Shown piece by piece: positions 27,007 through 37,616 of a DNA stretch of 64,000 nt. The translations under genes were made by a program, and so were the position numbers. The DNA is taken from positions 1-64,000 of IMG/VR virus record IMGVR_UViG_3300027672_001612. One strand, written 5' to 3'. This stretch comes from a virus (taxonomy: Duplodnaviria; Caudoviricetes). Numbering within the stretch: position 1 is the stretch's first letter; each line of letters opens with the position of its first letter. The notes beneath the pieces were generated by a model. The model worked only from the letters and a program-made list of their open reading frames with translations, did no database searches and was not told the origin of the DNA.

Positions 27007-28232
27007 GAGTATATCCCAAAGCGAAACAGATTAATGAAATTAGGAATTGTTTTCCTAGTTTAGCATATACTGAATTAGCATATTTAGATAACGCCGCCAG
27101 TTCACAAACTGTAGACAGTGCAATTAAGGCTGTGAGTGATTATCATTATAACTACAGAGCCAATGTGCATAGAGGTGATTTTTATACTAGCGGAATTGCT
27201 AGTGAGAAGTTTGACCAAGCAAGAGAAGAAGTTGCTAAACTAATTAACTGCGACATATCTGAGATTGCATTTACGGCAGGCACAACAGATGGCTTAAATA
27301 TTATAGCAGATTTTTTAAATGACGACAGAACAGTAATACTCACAGAGCTAGAACATCACAGCAATATCCTTCCTTGGATGAAGCATGACAAAACTGCAAA
27401 AAACGGTAAGTTAGTTATAGTGCCAGCAAGTGATCACGGTGATGTAAGTATAGCAGATTTCCAAAGAGCAGTCGAAAATAATCCTGGGAGTGTTGTATCG
27501 TTTCTAACACAAAGTAATTTAACTGGAATGAACACACCATGGCAAGAAATGGTACGCATTGCTAAAGCAAATGATTGTGAAGTTGTTATAGATGCTTGTC
27601 AAAGTATTGCACACAAACAAATTGACTTACAAGCAAACAACATTGACTGGCTGGTATTTAGTGGACATAAGATGTATGCTAGTACAGGATCAGGTGTGTT
27701 GTTTCATAGAGGCGGATTTAGTGAAGTACATGGACACGGCTTAGGTGGTGGAACTGCTGAGTTTGTTAGTTTCGACGAATACAATTTGCATGGAGACTTT
27801 GAACGTATTGAAGCAGGTACTCCAAACGTAGCAGGCGTACACAGTATTGGCGCCGCGGCAAAATGGATTAATGAAATTGGATACAAAACTATACAAGAGA
27901 ATGAAGCAGAGTTTTTTAATATGCTTAGAGACAAAGGATTGTTTGAGATTGAAGGATTAAAACTTATTGGACCGTTGGGACCTAGAAGCGTTTATAGTTT
28001 TGTAACAGAAATGTGTAACCCTAGCGACTTAGCAGGATTTTTAAGTTTCGATAAAGTATGTGTAAGGACGGGCCATATGTGTGCCCAGCCTGCCAGTAGG
28101 CGTTACAACAACAAAGAAACTGGTGTATTCAGAGTTAGCTCTGGCCCATACAATAATGAATTAGACTGTGTTAAATTAGTGGAGGGAATATGGAAAGCGG
28201 TAGACAAGATGACAGCCTCGAAGACCAAATAG
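27000..28232 (+). CDS. sufS: Cysteine desulfurase SufS
   Basis: YLDNAASSQ, ANVHRG, EHHSN, SGHKMY, EAGTP, RTGHMCA. Confidence 0.95.
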   Translation: MLRVYPKAKQINEIRNCFPSLAYTELAYLDNAASSQTVDSAIKAVSDYHYNYRANVHRGDFYTSGIASEKFDQAREEVAKLINCDISEIAFTAGTTDGLNIIADFLNDDRTVILTELEHHSNILPWMKHDKTAKNGKLVIVPASDHGDVSIADFQRAVENNPGSVVSFLTQSNLTGMNTPWQEMVRIAKANDCEVVIDACQSIAHKQIDLQANNIDWLVFSGHKMYASTGSGVLFHRGGFSEVHGHGLGGGTAEFVSFDEYNLHGDFERIEAGTPNVAGVHSIGAAAKWINEIGYKTIQENEAEFFNMLRDKGLFEIEGLKLIGPLGPRSVYSFVTEMCNPSDLAGFLSFDKVCVRTGHMCAQPASRRYNNKETGVFRVSSGPYNNELDCVKLVEGIWKAVDKMTASKTK

Positions 28233-28528
28233 TTGACCAAGTAGTCGCTAACTTAAAAAGAGTATTCGACCCTGAGTTACCACTCAACATATACGACCTA
28301 GGACTAATTTATGCAGTTAAGTTAAACCAAGAGTTTGATTGTACTGTAGACATGACACTAACCTCCCCTAACTGCCCGGCGGCTGAGATATTGCCTATGG
28401 AAGTAGAGTTTGCAACACGAAGTGTAGAAGGTATTAATAAAGTGCATGTACATTTAACTTTTGATCCACCATGGAATCCTGATACAATGGTAAGCGATGA
28501 GGGTAAATACGCTCTAGGAATTTTGTAA
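28190..28528 (+). CDS. sufT: SufT/DUF59 Fe-S maturation factor
   Basis: VFDPELPLNIYDLGLIY, MTLTSPNCP, FDPPW. Confidence 0.92.
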   Translation: MESGRQDDSLEDQIVDQVVANLKRVFDPELPLNIYDLGLIYAVKLNQEFDCTVDMTLTSPNCPAAEILPMEVEFATRSVEGINKVHVHLTFDPPWNPDTMVSDEGKYALGIL

Positions 28529-28824
28529 TGAGTAAGTTCTCCAAAGAAGAATTAGAAAACAGTAAACGAATATTTAAAAGCGCCACACCTAAACAAGACC
28601 TTAGCTGGTATGTTAAGTGGATAGCTAGTTGTTTCATATTAAGCAGTATGAGTATTAGAGGTATCGAAGGCTTACAAATATATGACTTGGTCCTAAGTTT
28701 AATAGGTGTAACAGGTTGGATGATCGTAGGTATACTTTGGAAAGACAGAGCATTAATGTTGCTCAATGGAGTAGGTATTATTTTATTTTTAAACACTTTA
28801 GTTAGATATTTGGTGGGTGCATGA
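28528..28824 (+). CDS. Small three-TM membrane protein
   Basis: WYVKWIAS..GW..VGILWKDRAL. Confidence 0.75.
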   Translation: MSKFSKEELENSKRIFKSATPKQDLSWYVKWIASCFILSSMSIRGIEGLQIYDLVLSLIGVTGWMIVGILWKDRALMLLNGVGIILFLNTLVRYLVGA

Positions 28825-30320
28825 GCATTGACGTTCGAGCATTAGAAACAGACACCGGCAAAATAATAGATCTAGCAATTCCTCAATACGGCGAACGAGG
28901 TGAACACCAGCAATGGCTTATACCTAGTAATATTCCTGGTCATGCACACCCGTTAATAATGAGCAACGATCCATACTATAGAAGAAATATAGGTGCCAAA
29001 GACCAAATTAAGATGGAGCACCAAATAATAGCAGTAGACTTGTTCATACCCACTAGTGGATACAGTAATTGGAGTGCAATTGGTAACTTGTACATAGACC
29101 ATTCTCTAAGACCACAACAACTAGATTTCCTAATGAGCTTCTTTGAAAATTGGGAAGATTTAAATTGTGTATTACTTATAAGTTTTTGTGATGAAAGTCC
29201 AGAGCTATCATTAGTATTAGAAACAGTTTATAGTCTAATGGCAATTTACGAAATACCCCATGAAAGAGTAAAGTTTACAGGACACAATTTTGCTGGGCAA
29301 GAAGTACTTACTACTTTTGCTAAAGAGAATGGCGAAAAGCCACTTACTTACATTGTAAATTGGTGGATGATAGGTCACCTTGACACAACTCATGTAGAAG
29401 CTCTAGTAGAACGTAGTTACCTACCCAAAGAAACCGGACGACTTGATCAAACATATATGTTGAATCCTGTAGATATGACACCCAAAAACAATACGTTTGT
29501 TTTCCTTAACAGACGAGAAACAGACAACAGACTAGCATTGCTATACCTATTATGGCAAAAGGGTGTTAAGCATGTAGAAAGTATAATAAGTGCATTTCCA
29601 CCGTTAAGACTATTTGCTATAAAACCAGGTGAAGACACCGGTGAACGTAATCACTACACTACTATATTCTTTAAAAGTATGTTAAGGGATCTTGTGCCGT
29701 CGACAGCCACAGAACATACTGATGTAGACACACTAAACTTCAAAACCGAAATGAAGTTAGGCAAATCAATACCAGGCGATCATCCATTTATTGGAGATAC
29801 TGAATCAAGGTCCGCTCCCAATATGGATGATGCATACATTTGGCTAACTTGTGAAAGCACTAGCGACTTAAAAGAGAAAAACTTTTTCTTTACTGAAAAA
29901 GTATTAAAGCCTATGGTGTACGGACAAGCATTAGTAGTGTTTGCACAGCCTGGATTTGTTAAAGCATTTAAGTCGTTGGGATTCCACACACTATGCGAGG
30001 AGTATGGCATAAGTGAGGAGTACGATAATGTTGAAGATGATGCTCAACGCATAGATATGATTGCAGAAGAAATAATTAAAGTAGGATCTATTCCTTTACT
30101 AAAAATGCATGAAATACATGCAACACTAGAAGACAAAATTAAAGAGAATAAAAAGCGTATGTGGTTAATGTTAAGTAACATACCAAACCCAGAAGCTTTT
30201 GTGTGGCAAGCCCACAACTCTATGATATCACAAATACACGAACACATACCATACAACACCGAAGAATCGTTAAAACTATACAAAGATTATTGGGACTTGG
30301 ATATGGTAGAAACTAAATAG
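28821..30320 (+). CDS. GT-B/GT10-like phage protein
   Basis: FVFLNRR, CES..FFTEKVLKPM, SLGF, EYDNVEDDAQR. Confidence 0.55.
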   Translation: MSIDVRALETDTGKIIDLAIPQYGERGEHQQWLIPSNIPGHAHPLIMSNDPYYRRNIGAKDQIKMEHQIIAVDLFIPTSGYSNWSAIGNLYIDHSLRPQQLDFLMSFFENWEDLNCVLLISFCDESPELSLVLETVYSLMAIYEIPHERVKFTGHNFAGQEVLTTFAKENGEKPLTYIVNWWMIGHLDTTHVEALVERSYLPKETGRLDQTYMLNPVDMTPKNNTFVFLNRRETDNRLALLYLLWQKGVKHVESIISAFPPLRLFAIKPGEDTGERNHYTTIFFKSMLRDLVPSTATEHTDVDTLNFKTEMKLGKSIPGDHPFIGDTESRSAPNMDDAYIWLTCESTSDLKEKNFFFTEKVLKPMVYGQALVVFAQPGFVKAFKSLGFHTLCEEYGISEEYDNVEDDAQRIDMIAEEIIKVGSIPLLKMHEIHATLEDKIKENKKRMWLMLSNIPNPEAFVWQAHNSMISQIHEHIPYNTEESLKLYKDYWDLDMVETK

Positions 30321-30352
30321 TACTACGAATTACACACACGGAGAAGAAGTAA

Positions 30353-30937
30353 ATGGCAGTAGAGATGACAATACCAGAAGTTAGCTGGTTACGAAGAAAA
30401 ATCCCAGAAGGACAAACTGATTACGATTGGGTAGGACAAACATCCACCGATATCTTTAAAGACAAACGAGTTGTAGTGTTCGCACTACCAGGTGCATTTA
30501 CACCAACTTGTTCAAGTACACATTTACCAGGATACGAAGCAAAATACGAAAACATCTTAGAACAAGATGTAGACGAAGTATATTGTCTTAGTGTAAACGA
30601 TTCATTTGTAATGAATGCATGGTTTAGCTCAATGGGAATTGAGAATGTGCAACCTATTGCAGATGGCAATGGAAATTTTACTCGCCAAATGGGTATGCTA
30701 GTTAAGAAAGAAGCAGTAGACTTTGGAATGAGAAGCCAGCGTTATAGTATGGTAGTAGACAATGGCAGAGTTGAAATGATTTTTTGTGAAGAAGGCAAGG
30801 AAGATAACTTTGCTGGCGATCCTTTTGAAATTAGTGATGCAACTTCTATGCTTAATTATCTAGAAGCAGTTAAAGATATCCGCAGAGAAGAAATTGCAAA
30901 GGCTGAGGCTGATGAAGAAGATACAGCTAATACTTGA
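30353..30937 (+). CDS. Peroxiredoxin (Prx5/redoxin type)
   Basis: PGAFTPTCS, SVNDSFVMNAW, RSQRYSMVV. Confidence 0.93.
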   Translation: MAVEMTIPEVSWLRRKIPEGQTDYDWVGQTSTDIFKDKRVVVFALPGAFTPTCSSTHLPGYEAKYENILEQDVDEVYCLSVNDSFVMNAWFSSMGIENVQPIADGNGNFTRQMGMLVKKEAVDFGMRSQRYSMVVDNGRVEMIFCEEGKEDNFAGDPFEISDATSMLNYLEAVKDIRREEIAKAEADEEDTANT

Positions 30938-31817
30938 AAACGAATCTAGAACTAAAGTAGAAAAAATAGAGTGGGATCTTTATGATACTTACTCTGCTTT
31001 AAAAGTTTTTAATGTATTGCAAGATACTAAATCCAGAAGTACAATGCATCCACGCATTGACCTTCGCCAAAAGAACACAGCAGAAACTACTTTTACATTA
31101 GCAACGGAAATGAATGAGATCATTGCCCAAATTAATGTGTTAGGTGAAGATTGTACTATAGATGAAGCACTTAAACTAGACGTATCAGTTCCACCGCATG
31201 AACAAGTTAAAAAGTTAAATGCATTACACGAAATATTTCAACTGTACACAGAGAAATCTGGCAGAGCGGCAACCCAATTACTATTAGAGCGTGTAAACAT
31301 ATTAGTACACATGCTAGAAGCAGGCCCAGTAGAAATAGACCAAGTGTTTATTGTTGCAAAGCAAGAAAGCCTTAACACCGTAGCATCGAGTTTATTAGAC
31401 ATGACCGATGAAGACCACATGGAACGTATGCCAAATGCATTGTGGGGAATATTGGAGATGGATTATCATACTGTGGGTAAGGATTTAAATGCATGTTACT
31501 ACACCGATGACATTGAATTAGTTAAAGCCGGTGAACTACGACAGCAGACACAATTAACTCCATGTATTGCCGCTAATTTTATGACTAGTAGCAAATGGGC
31601 ACCAACACCAGAGAGCGATGCACAAACTCAACAAAAGTTTTACACATGGTGCGAGATAAATAAGTTGGACGAATACATCGATTACACTGAATCACAGTAC
31701 AGACCCGGCAGATTACGGTTAGGCGAAATAAACAAAACATACAATATTCAGGATATTCAAGAGCTTGTAATAGAATTTCCGAGTATCAAAGAAATTATGC
31801 TAATAAATGATAAATAA
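30912..31817 (+). CDS. Hypothetical protein
   Basis: Long ORF; GAGG SD before ATG 30912. Confidence 0.75.
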   Translation: MKKIQLILENESRTKVEKIEWDLYDTYSALKVFNVLQDTKSRSTMHPRIDLRQKNTAETTFTLATEMNEIIAQINVLGEDCTIDEALKLDVSVPPHEQVKKLNALHEIFQLYTEKSGRAATQLLLERVNILVHMLEAGPVEIDQVFIVAKQESLNTVASSLLDMTDEDHMERMPNALWGILEMDYHTVGKDLNACYYTDDIELVKAGELRQQTQLTPCIAANFMTSSKWAPTPESDAQTQQKFYTWCEINKLDEYIDYTESQYRPGRLRLGEINKTYNIQDIQELVIEFPSIKEIMLINDK

Positions 31818-31850
31818 TAGCATCGAATACCCATAGTAGGAGTTTTAACA

Positions 31851-32678
31851 ATGACAGATTTTGTATTACCAACCCAAAGTAGTTTTGACGGCTTGACTAC
31901 AAGCGGATACACACTAACAGATGCAGACGAAGGCTTTTTAACTAAAGAAGTAGGTGGCATCATTAAATTACTTGCGGATCAAATGACTTCTAGCGAACTA
32001 ATTCATGTAAGAGCTACAAGAACAAGTACCGGAAAAACAGAAAAATTTATTATAGACAATATAGCGGATTGGTCAGCAGGCCCTAAAATATTAACTAGTG
32101 ATCACTTTGGCGATACGTTCTTAGATTGCACAGGATTTCTTACATACACTGGCAATGATGCAAAAGTGTTTCAAAACACATTACCTACGCCAACAATAGT
32201 TAATGATTCAGACGGTGTTCCAACTTCACTTACTATTGCAGTAGTTGGCGGAACAGATATTGTGTTAGATTTAACAGCAAATCCAGATGCCAGAAGCAGT
32301 TCACAGATTGCAGGCTTCACTGGAAACATAGGCACAATGGCTGAATTTAAAAATTCATCTGATACAGCATTAGGAGCCGAGGCAGATACATTATCGCCAG
32401 AACTTGCTATTGTTATGCCTTTGCCAGTTCCAACAGCCAAACCAGCATGGGATTCCTTTGGACATTCAACATTGTTTAGTTCAGTATTTAATAGACTTCC
32501 AGTTAACGGTGTAATGGTTGTTAACCATGTAGAGTTTGCTACAATTAACGATGCTCTTTGGGCCGTACTAGACGCACATTCTACGCAAGGTCACACATAC
32601 GAAGCGACTTGGCTAGTGTCAGGTGCTGGTGAAGATACATCAGCAACAGACGTTGCTTGTATTAAACGACTTTCTTAA
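31851..32678 (+). CDS. Hypothetical protein, paralogue of 32742-33581
   Basis: Shared IIKLLxDQM, TGKTxKFIIDN, VFQN, LPVxG blocks; TAAATA and AGGAG upstream. Confidence 0.8.
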   Translation: MTDFVLPTQSSFDGLTTSGYTLTDADEGFLTKEVGGIIKLLADQMTSSELIHVRATRTSTGKTEKFIIDNIADWSAGPKILTSDHFGDTFLDCTGFLTYTGNDAKVFQNTLPTPTIVNDSDGVPTSLTIAVVGGTDIVLDLTANPDARSSSQIAGFTGNIGTMAEFKNSSDTALGAEADTLSPELAIVMPLPVPTAKPAWDSFGHSTLFSSVFNRLPVNGVMVVNHVEFATINDALWAVLDAHSTQGHTYEATWLVSGAGEDTSATDVACIKRLS

Positions 32679-32691
32679 AAAACAATAAAAT

Positions 32692-32724
32692 AAAAAGCCA
32701 GTTCAAAGTGACTGGCTTTTTTTT
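32692..32724 (+). terminator. Terminator
   Basis: AAGCCAGT..ACTGGCTTTTTTTT. Confidence 0.85.
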
Positions 32725-32741
32725 GACTGATAAATACAACT

Positions 32742-33581
32742 ATGACTACTAACTTAACCTTACATAATGATGCAAGACATAGCGAAGAAGATATCTACGA
32801 ATATGAGTGGGAAGACTTAGCAGACGGTCTAATAACTAATGAACATGGTAGTATAATTAAATTACTATGCGATCAAATGAATAAAAACGATATCGTATTG
32901 CTAATAGAGCCTATGAGTGGTACTGGCAAAACAGCTAAGTTTATTATTGACAACGCCGTCGATCCTGAAAATATTCCTAAAATTGTTTCACAAGATGTAT
33001 TTCAAAATACATTTTTATACTGTGGAGAATTTTTTGAAATTGTAGAAGACGATCCTCGAGTGTTTCAAAATTCTATAACACCTGACACCATTGCATACAA
33101 TATGGCAGGCGAAATAGAAGGCGTAACAAAGCATTATGAAAATGCAGATGACTTATACATAGATTTAAGTATCGAACCTGCAGTTAGAACTAAAGATCAA
33201 TTATCCGTAATCACAGACTTTACGCCTAAAAATATGGCAAACATGCTAAACTTTAATGGTGATGCATTGGGAGAAGCACATGAAGTGTTTGAACCTACTT
33301 TAATAGTAATGTTTCCCTTCCCAATTAGTTTAGGCTATCCTTTACATGAAGCTGAAGGCTTAGTTGGTCAATGTTTAGCATCACTCCACGCCTTACCAGT
33401 TGGTGGCGTACTAGTATTAATGGATATTCATTACGAACGTGTTAATTTACAAATGTGGCGAGCAATAGATTGTATGAAAGATCGACATAATCACGAATTT
33501 CAATTGGAGTGGTTACTTGGTTTAGCCGCTGACGGATCAAAGCAAGTATTCAAAGCCGCCGCAATTAAACGCACAGCATAA
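32742..33581 (+). CDS. Hypothetical protein, paralogue of 31851-32678 (leaderless)
   Basis: Shared blocks as above; TAAATA-N5-ATG. Confidence 0.8.
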   Translation: MTTNLTLHNDARHSEEDIYEYEWEDLADGLITNEHGSIIKLLCDQMNKNDIVLLIEPMSGTGKTAKFIIDNAVDPENIPKIVSQDVFQNTFLYCGEFFEIVEDDPRVFQNSITPDTIAYNMAGEIEGVTKHYENADDLYIDLSIEPAVRTKDQLSVITDFTPKNMANMLNFNGDALGEAHEVFEPTLIVMFPFPISLGYPLHEAEGLVGQCLASLHALPVGGVLVLMDIHYERVNLQMWRAIDCMKDRHNHEFQLEWLLGLAADGSKQVFKAAAIKRTA

Positions 33582-33602
33582 CTTAGGAAAATAAATACTA
33601 CT

Positions 33603-34814
33603 ATGAAACTAGCTATTACTGGTGTTGGTATAGTCTCGCCTTTAGGCAATACACTCTCCGAAAATATAGATAATTTAAAGGCTAAAAAGGTTCCTATAAC
33701 TGATTATAGACCACAAGGTCATTTCAGTGATTGGATTTTAGAAGTAGAGAAAGCATTCCATTGCAACTACGATGATGTAAATGCGGAACATCTTATTAAA
33801 ACTAAAGACAGACGTTGGATAGATCCAACTGTAGTTAGCAGTATGATAGCAGTAGATGAAGCAGTTACAATGAGTGGTCTAGACTTGCCACATGACACAC
33901 CTGTAGTAGTGGGAACTATTAGAGGAGGTGCTCCAAACTTAGCAAGATATGGTCAAACACTACATCAACACAAACGCAAAGTACACCCTCAAATACTGTT
34001 AAGTAGCTCACTAGAGTACGTTAGCAATCATATAAGCAGTCATTACAAATTACATGGCCCAAGCCTAGCAACTAGCGGAACGTGTGTCAGCGGCTTACAA
34101 GCACTAGACATTGCTAAAAAGTACATGCAAACTGAAGGATACACTAGTTGTATCGTGGGTGGCACAGACTTTATGACCAGTTCGATGAGTACAATATACT
34201 TCCAGTTACTAGGTGCAATTAGCCCAACAGGCAAAAGTGTCCCATGGGACGAAAGTAGAGACGGTTTTGTAATGGGAGAAGGCAGTGTGTATCTAGTAGT
34301 AGAACCATTAGAACTTGCACAAGAGCGTGGAGCAGATATACGTTGGGTAGTTGATGGGTTAGGTATAGCAAATGACGGAGCCCATGCAACCCAGCCAGAT
34401 TTAGAAGGCACTGGAGCCAGAATTGCAATAGATAAAGTATTTAAGCAAGCCGGTACAACAGCAGAAGATTACACAGTTTTAAATGCACATGCCACAAGCA
34501 CACCATTTGGTGATCCTGTAGAGTATAACGTGTTGAAAGATTACTTTCCAGAAGGAAGTCACTTGTACGGTAACAAAGGACAAGTGGGCCATATGATGGG
34601 TGCTAGTGGACTTGCAGAAATAGTGTTAGGTGCAGAGGCAATGATAGATGGATTTGTGCCAGCAAATGCAGGATTAGAAAATCCGTTTACAGATGATGGA
34701 CATTTTGATTTATTAACAGAAGTTAAAGAAAAAACATATACTAGAATGTTTAAAACTAGTTTTGGATTCGGCGGACGTAGTGCGGCGGTGAGTATAACTA
34801 GTGACTCCGAATAG
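33603..34814 (+). CDS. fabF: Beta-ketoacyl-ACP synthase (FabF/FabB-like)
   Basis: ITGVGIVSPLG, GTCVSG, RDGFVMGEG, NAHATST, GHMMGASG, SFGFGG. Confidence 0.9.
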   Translation: MKLAITGVGIVSPLGNTLSENIDNLKAKKVPITDYRPQGHFSDWILEVEKAFHCNYDDVNAEHLIKTKDRRWIDPTVVSSMIAVDEAVTMSGLDLPHDTPVVVGTIRGGAPNLARYGQTLHQHKRKVHPQILLSSSLEYVSNHISSHYKLHGPSLATSGTCVSGLQALDIAKKYMQTEGYTSCIVGGTDFMTSSMSTIYFQLLGAISPTGKSVPWDESRDGFVMGEGSVYLVVEPLELAQERGADIRWVVDGLGIANDGAHATQPDLEGTGARIAIDKVFKQAGTTAEDYTVLNAHATSTPFGDPVEYNVLKDYFPEGSHLYGNKGQVGHMMGASGLAEIVLGAEAMIDGFVPANAGLENPFTDDGHFDLLTEVKEKTYTRMFKTSFGFGGRSAAVSITSDSE

Positions 34815-35967
34815 TTTCGAATACAAGCAAATACAAATAACTACAATTGAAACAATTATTCCGAATGACGACAGTACGTTCAGCCAGTTATATCCATATG
34901 CTAATATAGGCACAAGAAAGTTTCCTAAGTGTTGTATCAGTTTTGAAGATTTTAGACGACTTGATAGTGACCAGATAGAAGACAACCACTTTTTTGAAAT
35001 ATCATACACCGATTGGGTTAACATCGATGATAAAAGTGTATTCAAAGATTATAACCTTATGATTTCCAAAAGCATGGAAGCATTTATACATACTGGGCTC
35101 GATAGTGTCTATCCTGACATTCCCAAGTACTGGTTTGCTGACGATGGTACTTTAGATCAAATTGATCCTAATGCCCCTGACGATAGCAATCGATATATTG
35201 GATTAGACATACCTAAACGCACAGTAGTAGTTACTGATAACATTATGCCTAATGGGCATCCTGTGGAAGGTGTACACTTTATTCCTTCTAATGTATGGCT
35301 TCAAGAGCACGATATTCAAACTCTTCTAGCTGAACAGTTTGATGAAGAAACTATAAGAGAAAATATATTTCATCCTAAAGATAAAAAGTTTATTGCATTA
35401 ATGGGTTACCCTAAACAACACCGTTGGGACTTCTTTAATAAAGTTATCGGTGATAGTGTGTTAGAAAAACAATGCTTAATAGGATCTTATCACCCTAATT
35501 TTAAACGTTCAGTGCGTAACGATACACAACTATCTCCAAGAAGTGACGGACCTAAGTATAGAAACATGGAAGTAGACTGGGTACAGAATTGTCATTTTTG
35601 GATATCAATGGAATCTTGGTATATAGGAGATTTTGATCCTATGAGTCAACTAACAGAAAAAACATACAAGCCCATAGCGGCAGGAATGCCTTTCTTAATA
35701 TCAGGCGGTGGCGCTGAACTTGATCATCTAACTAATCTAGGATTTGAAAACTTTTTAGATGTGTTCGGAGATTATAGAGGAAGTACATTCCAAGAAACTA
35801 ACGACAACATCATAAACATTATCAGTCATCCAGAAAAGTATGACAAGGAAGAACTTGCAACACGATGTATACATAACAATAAAATACTGCAACAATGGAA
35901 TACTGTAGCAGTTTGGGAACATTATTTAGAACAGGTTAATAATGTTTACATTGACAGCAATATATAA
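34801..35967 (+). CDS. GT-B/GT10-like phage protein
   Basis: MES..QLTEKTYKPIAAGMPF..LTNLGFENF. Confidence 0.55.
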   Translation: MTPNSFEYKQIQITTIETIIPNDDSTFSQLYPYANIGTRKFPKCCISFEDFRRLDSDQIEDNHFFEISYTDWVNIDDKSVFKDYNLMISKSMEAFIHTGLDSVYPDIPKYWFADDGTLDQIDPNAPDDSNRYIGLDIPKRTVVVTDNIMPNGHPVEGVHFIPSNVWLQEHDIQTLLAEQFDEETIRENIFHPKDKKFIALMGYPKQHRWDFFNKVIGDSVLEKQCLIGSYHPNFKRSVRNDTQLSPRSDGPKYRNMEVDWVQNCHFWISMESWYIGDFDPMSQLTEKTYKPIAAGMPFLISGGGAELDHLTNLGFENFLDVFGDYRGSTFQETNDNIINIISHPEKYDKEELATRCIHNNKILQQWNTVAVWEHYLEQVNNVYIDSNI

Positions 35968-35979
35968 AGGTGCTACAAT
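35951..35979 (+). promoter_or_regulatory. Leaderless sigma70 promoter
   Basis: TTGACA-N17-TACAAT-N6-ATG. Confidence 0.75.
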
Positions 35980-35985
35980 ATTATC

Positions 35986-36405
35986 ATGAAAACAAAATTT
36001 AAATCAGCATTTATGGATACAGCAGAAAGATTTGCTGAACTAAGCAGTGCCAAACGTGCCCAAGTAGGGGCAATTATTGTTAAAGACAACAGAATTATCA
36101 GTATAGGCTACAATGGTATGCCTAGTGGTTGGGATAATGTATGCGAAATACCCGGTGAAGATAAAACAAAACCAGAAGTGTTACATGCAGAAGCAAATGC
36201 TATTACTAAGGTAGCACAAAGTTCTGACAGTAGCAAAGGTGCTACAATATTTTGCACACATGAGCCTTGCATAGATTGTGCTAAACTAATATACCAATCA
36301 GGCATTACTAAACTTATATACAAACATAAATATAATGCCGCTAAAGGGTACGGCGGAGACTTCCTAGCAAAAAGCGGAGTGGACGTTGAGCAATTAAAAA
36401 TATGA
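35986..36405 (+). CDS. dCMP deaminase
   Basis: GYNG, HAEANA, PCIDC. Confidence 0.93.
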   Translation: MKTKFKSAFMDTAERFAELSSAKRAQVGAIIVKDNRIISIGYNGMPSGWDNVCEIPGEDKTKPEVLHAEANAITKVAQSSDSSKGATIFCTHEPCIDCAKLIYQSGITKLIYKHKYNAAKGYGGDFLAKSGVDVEQLKI

Positions 36406-37352
36406 AAGTTATAAAAACAGAAAACGCAGGTATACAAATAGATTGCGACATATCCAAACTAACTGAACAAGAATATAAAGACATCAACGAGTTATATTTA
36501 GATAACTTACTAATTACTTTTATTAATCAGCCATTTGAAACATTGCCGTTTGCTAAACTAATTACTAAGATGGGAACGTTTGCCAATTGGGATCAAATGC
36601 TTTGGGGACAAGACGGAGAGAATCTTAAGAAACATGCTTTTATAGATCCGTTTATATTTGAAACAGATTCTCTTAGAGAAGAGCCAGACAACTTCTATCC
36701 TGTACAACGAGTAACAGGTAAAAAAACTGAGAAAGGATTACCAACTGGTATCTTTGGTAACGGAGAACTAGATTGGCACAGTAACATGAATGGCGAAATG
36801 GATAGAGCTAGAGGTGTCGCACTACAAGGTGCATGGCATTGTGAAGGAACACATACAGCATTTATGGACACAGTTAAAGCATACGATGATATGTCTGATG
36901 AACTTAAAGCAAGATGTGAAGGTGTTATAGGCAACTACGAATACGCTCCAGAGAACTGGGCAAAAGGTGTGCCAACTCCACAGTTACATATGATGAAGGG
37001 CTTTGGACTAACTGACAGCAAATACACAATGCCATTAGTTCATGAAGGCTTTAATGGCAAGAAAGGTTTATACTTTCACTATCACAACAACTGCAAATTT
37101 GAAGATAAAGAATTAAAGCAGATACTTATGGAACATTGTTTCCAATCAAAATACATCTACGAACATGAATGGCATCCTGGAGATATTGTTATATCTGACC
37201 AAGTGCTAACCTTACATAAGCGAGTAGAGTGGGATCCGGAGATTATAGCAAAAAGAGTGCTACACAGGATAACATTCCATTACGACAACATGATTGACGA
37301 TTACTTTAACAAATACACTAAAATTAAAGAAACTAATACGCTAGAATACTAG
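36402..37352 (+). CDS. TauD/TfdA-family dioxygenase-like protein
   Basis: LDWHSN, T.FMDTVKAY, HEWHPGDIVISDQ..TLHKR, LHRIT. Confidence 0.8.
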   Translation: MKVIKTENAGIQIDCDISKLTEQEYKDINELYLDNLLITFINQPFETLPFAKLITKMGTFANWDQMLWGQDGENLKKHAFIDPFIFETDSLREEPDNFYPVQRVTGKKTEKGLPTGIFGNGELDWHSNMNGEMDRARGVALQGAWHCEGTHTAFMDTVKAYDDMSDELKARCEGVIGNYEYAPENWAKGVPTPQLHMMKGFGLTDSKYTMPLVHEGFNGKKGLYFHYHNNCKFEDKELKQILMEHCFQSKYIYEHEWHPGDIVISDQVLTLHKRVEWDPEIIAKRVLHRITFHYDNMIDDYFNKYTKIKETNTLEY

Positions 37353-37359
37353 AAAACGG

Positions 37360-37388
37360 TTGACATTAGTGTGTTAAGGCGGTATAAT
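37360..37388 (+). promoter_or_regulatory. Leaderless sigma70 promoter
   Basis: AAAACGG-TTGACA-N17-TATAAT-N6-ATG. Confidence 0.8.
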
Positions 37389-37394
37389 ACATAG

Positions 37395-37616
37395 ATGAAT
37401 AAGAAATCCAAGACACAAATGACTAAAGCTGAACTCATAGAGCTATGCTACGAGCTAGAGAAAGAACTAGTTACCAAGCAAAAGACTGTAGATTCATTGC
37501 AAAATGACAGAGTAGCATTAGATACAATTGTTGCTGACACAGACGTCAGTGCAATTATCACCGGCATGAATGCTAGAATTAAAAAATTAGAAGAGAGACT
37601 AGAAAATAATGGATAA
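37395..37616 (+). CDS. Small coiled-coil protein
   Basis: Heptad pattern. Confidence 0.7.
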   Translation: MNKKSKTQMTKAELIELCYELEKELVTKQKTVDSLQNDRVALDTIVADTDVSAIITGMNARIKKLEERLENNG

